Shown here: positions 16,015 through 24,416 of the stretch, in pieces
Numbering within the stretch: the first letter of the stretch is position 1
How the letters are laid out: each line of letters starts with the position of its first letter
Source: a virus
Taxonomy: Duplodnaviria > Heunggongvirae > Uroviricota > Caudoviricetes
IMG/VR virus record: IMGVR_UViG_3300036770_002544
Location: 10,654-74,653 of that record
Reading direction: 5' to 3' (one strand)
DNA length: 64,000 nucleotides
Translations under genes and position numbers: made by a program
The notes under the pieces: model-generated
The model's database searches: none
What the model was told of the DNA's origin: nothing
Seen by the model: the letters and a program-made list of their open reading frames with translations, nothing else

Positions 16015-16199
16015 AAGTTTATCAAGTTGCAGGTTATCCAAAGAATCATTATTTTGTCAAAGACTTTCAAGAGTTATTGAACATAATGAGTTGGATGACC
16101 AAGAACGATGTAGGTTACTTGCACGAATCTAGCAGCATACATGGCTATGGGTTTAGTGTTAAAAAGAATTTTGAATGGTTTAGTTTGAAGTGGTTATGA
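16011..16199 (+). CDS. LRWS-family small protein, array member 5
   Basis: Ends ...KNFEWFSLKWL. ATGA overlap. Confidence 0.55.
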   Translation: MKVYQVAGYPKNHYFVKDFQELLNIMSWMTKNDVGYLHESSSIHGYGFSVKKNFEWFSLKWL

Positions 16200-16405
16200 G
16201 TTACGAAGTTGTAATACCGTATGATCCTGCTTGGGAACCACTAGACTGGGCCAAGGAACATTGTCCTAGTTATATTACAAACCGAGCAATTGCTCAAGAA
16301 ACAAAATATGATATAATAGTTCGTGCGTACTATAACGATTACGATGTTGTCTATTATTTCAGCGAAGGAAAGGATGCAACAGCGTTTGCATTGAAGTGGA
16401 AATGA
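16196..16405 (+). CDS. LRWS-family small protein, array member 6
   Basis: Ends ...GKDATAFALKWK. ATGA overlap. Confidence 0.55.
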   Translation: MSYEVVIPYDPAWEPLDWAKEHCPSYITNRAIAQETKYDIIVRAYYNDYDVVYYFSEGKDATAFALKWK

Positions 16406-16656
16406 AACTAATAAAATTAAATCAAAGACACAACCTAGGACGCAGAGGTTTTAAGTATGCGTTTGTGTTTACTCGTTACGGCCCTGATGTGCCCAACGAA
16501 TTCAAGGTAGAACGGTTAGTAAAAGATGCAGAAGGTATGGGTACATTTTATGGCAATACCTTTTATGGTAAGCGCAAGGATCGTAGTTCTCGTTCGCCTT
16601 ACTACATTGGGTTCAACCACGAATCAACTGCTACTCTAGTGCAGTTACAATTGTAA
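16402..16656 (+). CDS. small protein, terminal array member (divergent, lacks the C-terminal motif)
   Basis: ATGA-coupled to member 6. Followed by the palindrome gtaatact-ca-agtattac. Confidence 0.5.
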   Translation: MKLIKLNQRHNLGRRGFKYAFVFTRYGPDVPNEFKVERLVKDAEGMGTFYGNTFYGKRKDRSSRSPYYIGFNHESTATLVQLQL

Positions 16657-16670
16657 TACTCAAGTATTAC

Positions 16671-16699
16671 TTGCCCAAAAAGCAGTTTTCTGCTATAAT
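16671..16699 (+). promoter_or_regulatory. sigma70-type promoter (TTGCCC-N17-TATAAT)
   Basis: ttgcccaaaaagcagttttctgctataat. SD aaaggagg follows. Confidence 0.55.
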
Positions 16700-16724
16700 A
16701 AGCAATTAAAGAAAGGAGGCGACT

Positions 16725-17339
16725 ATGCCCGCAGTATTTTTAGTTAGCGACACGCACTTTGGTCACACAGGCGTATGTCGCTTTACCCGAGAGGACGGGG
16801 TTACAAAGTTACGGCCCTGGGACTCGGCCGAAGAAATGGACGAGGCGATGATCAAGTCTTGGAACGAGCGTGTTCGTCCCAACGATAAGGTCTATCACTT
16901 GGGCGATGTGGTTATTAACCGCCGTGCGTTAAAGACATTAAGCCGCTTAAACGGCGACAAAGTTTTAATCCGCGGCAACCACGACATCTTCCGTGACACA
17001 GAGTACATGGAATATTTCCGCGAGTTACGTGCATACCACGTTATGAACGGAATGATCTTAAGCCATATTCCTGTACACGAAGCAAGTTTAGGGCGCTTTG
17101 GTACTAACATTCACGGTCACTTACATGCCAGTCGTGTAAAGCGGGCTCGCGGTGTTGATGCAAAGACTGGTGCAGTGTTATACAGCGATGAAAACGATTT
17201 ACGTTATCACTGTGTATGTGTAGAGCAAACACCCGACTTTGCACCTATCTTGTTAGAAGATGTGTACAAGCGCATCGAAGCCGAAGGCGGAACAGTAGGG
17301 TTCAATCCCAATGCTTACGGCAACGGTAGTGCCATGTGA
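16725..17339 (+). CDS. calcineurin-like metallophosphoesterase (Ser/Thr phosphatase-like)
   Basis: DTHFGH, GDVV, GNHD, GHLH motifs. SD aaggagg. Confidence 0.75.
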   Translation: MPAVFLVSDTHFGHTGVCRFTREDGVTKLRPWDSAEEMDEAMIKSWNERVRPNDKVYHLGDVVINRRALKTLSRLNGDKVLIRGNHDIFRDTEYMEYFRELRAYHVMNGMILSHIPVHEASLGRFGTNIHGHLHASRVKRARGVDAKTGAVLYSDENDLRYHCVCVEQTPDFAPILLEDVYKRIEAEGGTVGFNPNAYGNGSAM

Positions 17340-17346
17340 GACCGGT

Positions 17347-17709
17347 ATGCAGTTTATCCTAGATGAACAGTATATTTGCGATGTAACGGTTAGAACGGAA
17401 CACGATTTTATCAAGGACCGTTCTAACCCTACAAACGAAGATCTTATTAAAATCCTTAAAGGATGGGACAAGAGTCTAACCATTAGTAACAAAGATCACG
17501 ACGAGTTTACAAAACTACGCAACCAACTTGCAGAACTGGGGTATATCGAAATCCAACGAGGTTGGTGGAATGGCGATCGTGTACTAAAACCTTTTATGCT
17601 TAACGAGTGGCGGTTCCATAAGGGTCATAAATTCCCTAGTGCGGCGGCTTTGCGTAACAGTATAGAGTGTGCTCGTAAGCATGGTTGGAAGGGTATTAGT
17701 AGTTTATAA
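17347..17709 (+). CDS. hypothetical protein
   Basis: ORF directly after the phosphoesterase. Confidence 0.4.
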   Translation: MQFILDEQYICDVTVRTEHDFIKDRSNPTNEDLIKILKGWDKSLTISNKDHDEFTKLRNQLAELGYIEIQRGWWNGDRVLKPFMLNEWRFHKGHKFPSAAALRNSIECARKHGWKGISSL

Positions 17710-17793
17710 GGTAAGAGGCAAGAACCAAATGCTTGCACTATATTCGTAAATGATATTTTAAAACGCAGGTTTATACGTGCAATTAAATACAAT

Positions 17794-18138
17794 ATGCGTC
17801 TCGAAAAAAGTGTTGCTGTTGCAGTTGAATTTGCTGAAAAAGTTGCTCTGGCTCGAGTGCGATTTAAAAATGCAAAACTTTCCCAAATGGATATGGATTG
17901 GTACGAATCAAAATGGAAAACATTTTCAAATTCTGCCGAAGTAGATCACATGCTCAACACGTTAACTGATGCTTTATCGTTGTATTGGGACGTTGATCAG
18001 GAACTAAAATTAGACCCTACAAATTTAAAATTATTTTTAAACAGGGCAGAAATGACCAGACAAATTAGCAAAATTAGGCACAAGTTATTTTTGTTAGCAT
18101 CTGATGCTAACACAAACAAAGCATCAGATGGCATATGA
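17794..18138 (+). CDS. hypothetical protein
   Basis: ORF. Confidence 0.4.
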   Translation: MRLEKSVAVAVEFAEKVALARVRFKNAKLSQMDMDWYESKWKTFSNSAEVDHMLNTLTDALSLYWDVDQELKLDPTNLKLFLNRAEMTRQISKIRHKLFLLASDANTNKASDGI

Positions 18139-19693
18139 TTGTATTATTTTTACAGATGTAACTTACACAAATCTGGTGTATAAGCCAATGGGTGCTTATA
18201 AGTTAGCAAATCATCTGAGATCCAGTGGGTACAGTTGTTTAGTAGTTGATCATTTTCATACTTTTACTCAGCAGCAAATTTTAGATATTATTGCTGCGTC
18301 AGTAGGACCAGAAACTAAATTTGTTGGGTTTAGTATTGCTTTCTTCAATAGTGTAGAAGGTACTAATCCAATGGATCCGATATCTGATAATACCTATAAA
18401 CCGTTAGAATATAATCAATCGTTTTGTCCGCAAGGACAGGCATTTGAAATTGCATTGGTCTCTGCCATTCACGATATCAACAGCCATTGCAAAATAGTAT
18501 TAGGTGGTGCGGCCAGGATCAGCAATCAGATTAAAAATCCCAGGGTAGATTACGTGATTTCGGGATTCGCCGAAGTTGCTATATTAGATTTAGTGCATTC
18601 TTTGGAGCTTGGTCAGGTTCCGGGTACAGCAGTAAAAAATATATGGGGAACGCACATCATAGATGGTGGATCAGCTGAGTCATTTGACTATCAGCACAGC
18701 GAGATGGTATGGCAACCCGAAGATGTGGCTGGTATAAAAGTTTTACAACTCGATGTATCTCGTGGCTGCAAATTTAACTGTACTTTTTGCGACTGGAGCA
18801 TGCGTGGTACCAAGAATAACAAATGGACACGCGAAATAGACGTTCTTGCTTCAGAACTTCAGCGCAATTATGATCAGTATGGCATATATCGATACTTTGT
18901 ACATGACCATACTTTTAACGAAAGTGACTACAAACTCAATGTAGTCAAACAAGCAGTCAAACAATTAACATTTCAGCCCATCATCTGGTGTCACGTCAGA
19001 CCAGATTTACTAGTTAAATACCCCAACCGTACTGATACCATGTACGAAGTTGGTGTCAGGAGCATGATGATGGGTATCGAGACCCTGGACCCAGATGTGG
19101 CCAAAACTGTAGGCAAAGGTCTTGCACCAGAAAAAATCATTGCTGAATTAAAAAATATTCAACAACGCTACGGCAACGAGTTGTTGACCCATGGTAATTT
19201 TGTCATTGGCTTACCAGGCGAATCTATTGACAGTGTTCTTGCTACCGCTGCACGATTAGAAAACGGAGATATTTCGTTGCACCATTGGAGCTACAATGCA
19301 TTGATGATCAGCACAGATCATAACAATTGGTGGGGGTCTACATACGAACAAGATCCGGCCAGATACGGCTACACAGAAAACAAAAACACAATCACGACAG
19401 GATTTAATATTGATTATAGAAAAAATTCACTGATGAACTGGCGCAATGATCATATGACCTTTGAACAAGCTATGCATCTGAACAAAAAGTTATACGACTC
19501 GGCAGCCGATAACCCAGCCTATCTGGTAGACAGCATGGTCAGTTGGGCATTGATGGGTTTCACTGACCTAGACTTTAAAGGCATACAGAAGTTGCGTCCC
19601 CGGGATATTGATTGGTTTTCAGTGTCCAAGCAACGATTGCACTATCTATACGATTACAAGAAAAATATAATTAAACATGTGCACGGTAAATAA
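18128..19693 (+). CDS. radical SAM protein with N-terminal B12-binding-like domain (class B-like)
   Basis: CKFNCTFC Cx3Cx2C at about residue 210. The N-terminal region is Rossmann-like. Confidence 0.65.
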   Translation: MAYDCIIFTDVTYTNLVYKPMGAYKLANHLRSSGYSCLVVDHFHTFTQQQILDIIAASVGPETKFVGFSIAFFNSVEGTNPMDPISDNTYKPLEYNQSFCPQGQAFEIALVSAIHDINSHCKIVLGGAARISNQIKNPRVDYVISGFAEVAILDLVHSLELGQVPGTAVKNIWGTHIIDGGSAESFDYQHSEMVWQPEDVAGIKVLQLDVSRGCKFNCTFCDWSMRGTKNNKWTREIDVLASELQRNYDQYGIYRYFVHDHTFNESDYKLNVVKQAVKQLTFQPIIWCHVRPDLLVKYPNRTDTMYEVGVRSMMMGIETLDPDVAKTVGKGLAPEKIIAELKNIQQRYGNELLTHGNFVIGLPGESIDSVLATAARLENGDISLHHWSYNALMISTDHNNWWGSTYEQDPARYGYTENKNTITTGFNIDYRKNSLMNWRNDHMTFEQAMHLNKKLYDSAADNPAYLVDSMVSWALMGFTDLDFKGIQKLRPRDIDWFSVSKQRLHYLYDYKKNIIKHVHGK

Positions 19694-19740
19694 AAACAGC
19701 AGCGCCAACAAGGGTTGACGCCGGATTTCAATACAGACGC

Positions 19741-19769
19741 TTGACATGTAGATGTCTTTACTGTAGAAT
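19741..19769 (+). promoter_or_regulatory. sigma70-type promoter (TTGACA-N17-TAGAAT) with palindrome
   Basis: ttgacatgtagatgtctttactgtagaat. ctgtag-aatatac-tacag inverted repeat over the -10. Confidence 0.5.
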
Positions 19770-19842
19770 ATACTACAGAACGCCTGCCGTATGCAGAGTT
19801 CTTCTGCAAGCTAATACAACCATAATATTTTTAGGAATTAAC

Positions 19843-20811
19843 ATGATTCGATCATTCTCACGCCTGGTTGCGTTTGCGCTAGCCAGTATTGCTATCACTT
19901 CTGCTAATGCAGAAGTCTACCCTTCAAAACCCATCAATATCGTTGTGCCATACAACGCTGGCGGCGGTATGGATAACGTTATCCGTAAAATGACCACCGA
20001 ATTAGAAAAGGAACTTGGGCAGCCAGTTACTGTTGTAAATCAAGCAGGAGCTGGTGGTAATGTTGGCACTCGTAAACTTGCTGAATCTGCCCCTGATGGT
20101 TATACCATTGGTATGAGCGGTGGCTCTACGTTTGGCACTAATCAGGTATTCAACAAAGAAGTACCATATGATGCAGGCAAACAATTTGAGTTTGTTAGCA
20201 TGGTTGGTACTTTGCCACGTATTGTTGTGGTCAGTGCTGCAGGCCCAATTAAAACAATCGACGACCTAAAGAAAGAAGCACTAACTAATCCCAAGTTTAC
20301 AATGGCGGCTGCACTCAACAGTCCAGACATCTTGATGGGTGAAATTTTCAAACACAAAATGCTAGGCAAGCCAGTTATTGCCAGTTACGGTGCAGCAACT
20401 AACACCATGATGGTCGATTTGGTTGGTGGCCGTATTCATGCAGTATGGAACAGCGTTCCAGCATTGAATGCTTGCTTGACTAACAATACCTGTGTAGCAC
20501 TTGCAGTTACTGGCAAACAACGTCTCAAAGGCTTGCCCAATGTCCCAACCTTTGCCGAAGTGGGTCTTGCTGAAGTAGATGCTCCTGCTTACTATGGCAT
20601 CGTTACACCCAAAGGTGTTGCTGCTGACAAGATTGCCAAACTAAACCGTGCGTTTAACCGTGTAATTCAAAATGAAAAAGTTGCCAGCGATCTTGATAAA
20701 ATGGGTGTGGTTACTATTGTGAGTTCTCCTGCCGAAACCAAAGAACAACACTTACAAGGTATTGCTAATGCCAAGAAGTATGCCGCAGTGGCAAACATTG
20801 TGGCAAAATAA
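19843..20811 (+). CDS. TctC-family (tripartite tricarboxylate transporter) periplasmic substrate-binding protein with signal peptide
   Basis: Signal peptide MIRSFSRLVAFALASIAITSANA. Typical Bug/TctC-like region YPSKPINIVVPYNAGGGMDNVIR. Confidence 0.65.
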   Translation: MIRSFSRLVAFALASIAITSANAEVYPSKPINIVVPYNAGGGMDNVIRKMTTELEKELGQPVTVVNQAGAGGNVGTRKLAESAPDGYTIGMSGGSTFGTNQVFNKEVPYDAGKQFEFVSMVGTLPRIVVVSAAGPIKTIDDLKKEALTNPKFTMAAALNSPDILMGEIFKHKMLGKPVIASYGAATNTMMVDLVGGRIHAVWNSVPALNACLTNNTCVALAVTGKQRLKGLPNVPTFAEVGLAEVDAPAYYGIVTPKGVAADKIAKLNRAFNRVIQNEKVASDLDKMGVVTIVSSPAETKEQHLQGIANAKKYAAVANIVAK

Positions 20812-20814
20812 ATC

Positions 20815-21432
20815 ATGCATGTTCTAGTCACAGGAGCATCCAGTGGAGTTGGTCTTGCTTGTGCAAAATTGCTAGAGCAACAAGGACACGCTGTGACCAC
20901 GTGGTCCAGTGCAGACTGTGACTTTGATTATCCGGATAGAATCTTTGATCATGATCTATCCGGATATGACATGATTATAAACTGTGCAGGGCATGGTCAA
21001 GGGCATAATCATAATTTTTTTACCAACACCTGGCAAAATCAACTTAGCCAGGTCATGGTTAACTACGTATCAAACATATTCCTGTATAAACATTATGTAA
21101 ATTCTGTGAGCACAGGAAGATATGTTTGGGTAGGATCTAGACTCACTGCATGCCCTAACAGCAAGCCTTGGCAGGCTGTGTACACCACTACTAAATCTGC
21201 TAGCGCAATAACAATTGAATCGGCTAATCAAGATCAATCACATGTGTCTACGCTGGAGGTTATGTTAGGGCTTACTAGATCTAATTTTAGATACAGAAGT
21301 CAATTGGGTTTCACTGATCAACAAGAAATTGAACAAATGTGGAATTCCCAAGGAGCAATCAGTTCAGATCAAGCAGCCAGTCGAATCATTGAGTCTGCAT
21401 TCAGTGATTGCAAAAAAATATTAATAGAATAA
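20815..21432 (+). CDS. short-chain dehydrogenase/reductase (SDR)-like
   Basis: N-terminal TGASSGVG NAD(P)-binding motif. Confidence 0.6.
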   Translation: MHVLVTGASSGVGLACAKLLEQQGHAVTTWSSADCDFDYPDRIFDHDLSGYDMIINCAGHGQGHNHNFFTNTWQNQLSQVMVNYVSNIFLYKHYVNSVSTGRYVWVGSRLTACPNSKPWQAVYTTTKSASAITIESANQDQSHVSTLEVMLGLTRSNFRYRSQLGFTDQQEIEQMWNSQGAISSDQAASRIIESAFSDCKKILIE

Positions 21433-21433
21433 T

Positions 21434-22024
21434 ATGTTTTACACAATATTAGATTGTCCTCCTTTGCCAGTTGAGTTTGAGCAAGAAGTTATTGCAACAG
21501 TAAGGGGCACAGAACGACTTAAAGTTAAAACGTTCAAAGATGCCCCAGGTCGCAAAGAATATAGAGAACGTATAGTAACCATGCCCGATGGCAGTCGATG
21601 CACTAGCGTCACTAGTCAAAAGTGGTCAATTAGTGCAGAACTTGAGCAGTGGATTCGAGACAATGTCTACAACGGGCCATGGGTAGATGTTGGTATTAAC
21701 AGCCATAATACTGTCAGCAACGTAATGGGACCACATGTCGACGATATTAAAAACGAAATTATTCTTTATGTTGTTGAAACTGGCGGGGACAATGTAGAGA
21801 CTGCTTGGTGGCAGGAACAAGGCTTTCCTGTAGAGAGACCAGACAAACTGCCAGCAAACAACAACGGCGAATTCTATACCAGCACAGACGACTACAGCAA
21901 GCTCGTTGAACTTGAGCGTGTGTGTTTGCCCACTGGTAAATGGGTACGCATGAACACCTTGGTATTACACAGTGTTGAAAATATCACTGGTGTAAGAACC
22001 ATTGTCAAGATTGGGTTAGACTAA
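21434..22024 (+). CDS. hypothetical protein (paralog A)
   Basis: C-terminus ...WVRMNTLVLHSVENITGVRT parallels the next gene. Confidence 0.45.
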   Translation: MFYTILDCPPLPVEFEQEVIATVRGTERLKVKTFKDAPGRKEYRERIVTMPDGSRCTSVTSQKWSISAELEQWIRDNVYNGPWVDVGINSHNTVSNVMGPHVDDIKNEIILYVVETGGDNVETAWWQEQGFPVERPDKLPANNNGEFYTSTDDYSKLVELERVCLPTGKWVRMNTLVLHSVENITGVRTIVKIGLD

Positions 22025-22629
22025 TGTTTACGTGGATGCCGATGGCACATTTACCACAGGTACCCGAGTACCTGGTCAACATTGCACAAAATTTAATCAG
22101 TACTAAGACAGACGGGGATAGCGATTTTACCAAAGAAATTGACCACTCGAAGTATCTAAACAGATGGTTAGATCTAAACGATGGCTCTCGCGTACAATCA
22201 AGATCGCAACGTGGCATAATGATGCCACAAATTTGGGACGATTGGGTAAAGGCAAACATCACACAAAAATACATCGAAACCAGCATACGTGTAAGTGAAG
22301 GTAATAGTACCACACACGGCGCACATTGCGACTTTAGACGCAAGTGGAAATTATATTATTTGCTGAGCCGCGGCGGCGATAACGCAACAACTTATTTTTA
22401 TCGTCAAAAAGGACACCCAATTGTTCGTGAAGAGATTACCGATGACGACACACGGCTTATTGCAGTTACTGACTACTCTGAACTAGAAGTGGTTGACTCA
22501 GTGCAATGGCCATTGAATCAATGGGTTCTGCTGAATACCATGATACTGCACGGAGTAGAAGGCATAACTGGCTTGCGATCAAATTTTACTGTTGGTATTC
22601 CTCCTGATTATTCTTTGTTGTTTAATTAA
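22024..22629 (+). CDS. hypothetical protein (paralog B)
   Basis: C-terminus ...WVLLNTMILHGVEGITGLRS. ATG overlaps the preceding stop. Confidence 0.45.
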   Translation: MFTWMPMAHLPQVPEYLVNIAQNLISTKTDGDSDFTKEIDHSKYLNRWLDLNDGSRVQSRSQRGIMMPQIWDDWVKANITQKYIETSIRVSEGNSTTHGAHCDFRRKWKLYYLLSRGGDNATTYFYRQKGHPIVREEITDDDTRLIAVTDYSELEVVDSVQWPLNQWVLLNTMILHGVEGITGLRSNFTVGIPPDYSLLFN

Positions 22630-22632
22630 TGT

Positions 22633-23784
22633 ATGAGCCTAAAAACATTTGACACAGCAGATTACTACTGGCAAGTAGGTGATCAAAAAACTTTTAGTAA
22701 GCAGCAGGCTATTATCTGGGCAGGCGGTGACGTTAGCAAAATACACTATTACTTCATGGACGAATTGTGGGATTCACAAGACTGGACACAAAAGCCCAAG
22801 CACACAGTACACGAACTCATGCGTACCAGGTGCAGGCAACTGAGATCACAATACAAAAATGTGCGTGTGGCTTACAGTGGTGGGTATGACAGTCAAGGTA
22901 TCATTGATGCATTTGCTAGATCAAGTATTCCTGTTGATAGTGTGTTAATACGAATTAAAAACTACAAAGTTACTCCAGAAAACAAAATTGCGGTACAGCA
23001 AGCTCGTGCGTTACAAAATACCATATGGCCCAATCTAAAAATAGAAACCGTTGAACTAGAAGCCAACGACTTTTACCAATTCTATCAGCAGCACAAGGAT
23101 GACTGGATTGTGCAACCTGCTGGCGGTTACGAGCCTTGGTTTTACAAAGTAAACCTGAGTTTTCTTGAAAACTACAATCCAGATTTTCAACGTGCTCGAG
23201 ACAACTATGTCACACAAAATACCTGTGATGTTTACGGTATAGAAAAGCCAAGGCTTTGGATTGAAAATGGTGCATGGTATGCTACCATGATTGACAAAAC
23301 ATTGAACTGGGTAGCCAACACCAGTGTTGAAAGTTTTTATATCAGTCGAGACTTACCCGAGTTGCATGTAGCACAAACTTGGGCCATGCTTGACTGGATT
23401 GAGAGCCAACCATTTACTACACAAGAAGAAGTACATACATTTTTACACTCAATACAAAGTCACAAACAAGGGTGGGACAAGTACAGAGATTGGAACTTAG
23501 CAATAGGTCGCAGCATGGTACTCAACATGTATAGTTACGAAGGCGGCGGTACTAAGGGTTATAATAGTGGGGACCCAAGAAACAACAAAGGATGCCAGGA
23601 TTTAATGGCTGAAGCAAGGCGCACTCATGCTGATGCAATTGCAACGTGGGAAGGCGTACTTGGAGATTTCGAAACACAGTACGCTAATGCAATCGAAAGC
23701 AGTGGCGAAATTGCCGGGTGCTGGAGTAAAAAATATTACATCAAACCAGTAGAGCCCGGACGTTTGAATAGGAACAAACAATGA
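22633..23784 (+). CDS. hypothetical protein
   Basis: ORF. Confidence 0.45.
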   Translation: MSLKTFDTADYYWQVGDQKTFSKQQAIIWAGGDVSKIHYYFMDELWDSQDWTQKPKHTVHELMRTRCRQLRSQYKNVRVAYSGGYDSQGIIDAFARSSIPVDSVLIRIKNYKVTPENKIAVQQARALQNTIWPNLKIETVELEANDFYQFYQQHKDDWIVQPAGGYEPWFYKVNLSFLENYNPDFQRARDNYVTQNTCDVYGIEKPRLWIENGAWYATMIDKTLNWVANTSVESFYISRDLPELHVAQTWAMLDWIESQPFTTQEEVHTFLHSIQSHKQGWDKYRDWNLAIGRSMVLNMYSYEGGGTKGYNSGDPRNNKGCQDLMAEARRTHADAIATWEGVLGDFETQYANAIESSGEIAGCWSKKYYIKPVEPGRLNRNKQ

Positions 23785-24416
23785 AAAAACTCTATGACTT
23801 TTTATACCAAACACAAGTAGACCCTGCAAATCCTGGGCGTTGGTATACTTTACGTCCAAATCAGCCTTTGCTTGACTGTCTCAGCGAAATGAACATTCGT
23901 TCTTGCAAATTGGAATCATTTGTTACCACCTATAATGATTACAATTATACAAAACAGGCTGCACAGTTCAATATGACTGTAGAAGAAATAAAAAGTTGGA
24001 TGCTTGATCCCGAATATCAGCGATACTCAGACAATGCCAATAGTCGAATTGCTATATTACCCACAGACTTAGAATCACGTATAAGACACGAATTGGCAGA
24101 ATACCTAGGGCTTGTTGAGGATACCTTGCTCATGCGCATTCAAGTACAGGCGCCCGGCGAAATGATTGCTTTGCACCTAGACCCGTTAAAGACAAAACTG
24201 TTTGGCGCAGAGGACGAAGAAATTTTAAGATATGCTTGGTTTTTAGAAGATCAAGCACCCGGACAAATTTGGATCATGGGCGAAACAAATCAACCTGTGT
24301 TTTGGAGGTCTGGGGATTTGGTTTATTTTGACAATACTAAATTACCTCATGCCACTGCCAATGTTGGGTATAACGATCGTTACGTTATGATCATCACTGG
24401 CACAAAGAGCAGTTAA
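23781..24416 (+). CDS. putative 2OG-Fe(II) oxygenase-like (HxD...H) protein
   Basis: ALHLDP and KLPHATANVG motifs. Confidence 0.4.
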   Translation: MKKLYDFLYQTQVDPANPGRWYTLRPNQPLLDCLSEMNIRSCKLESFVTTYNDYNYTKQAAQFNMTVEEIKSWMLDPEYQRYSDNANSRIAILPTDLESRIRHELAEYLGLVEDTLLMRIQVQAPGEMIALHLDPLKTKLFGAEDEEILRYAWFLEDQAPGQIWIMGETNQPVFWRSGDLVYFDNTKLPHATANVGYNDRYVMIITGTKSS

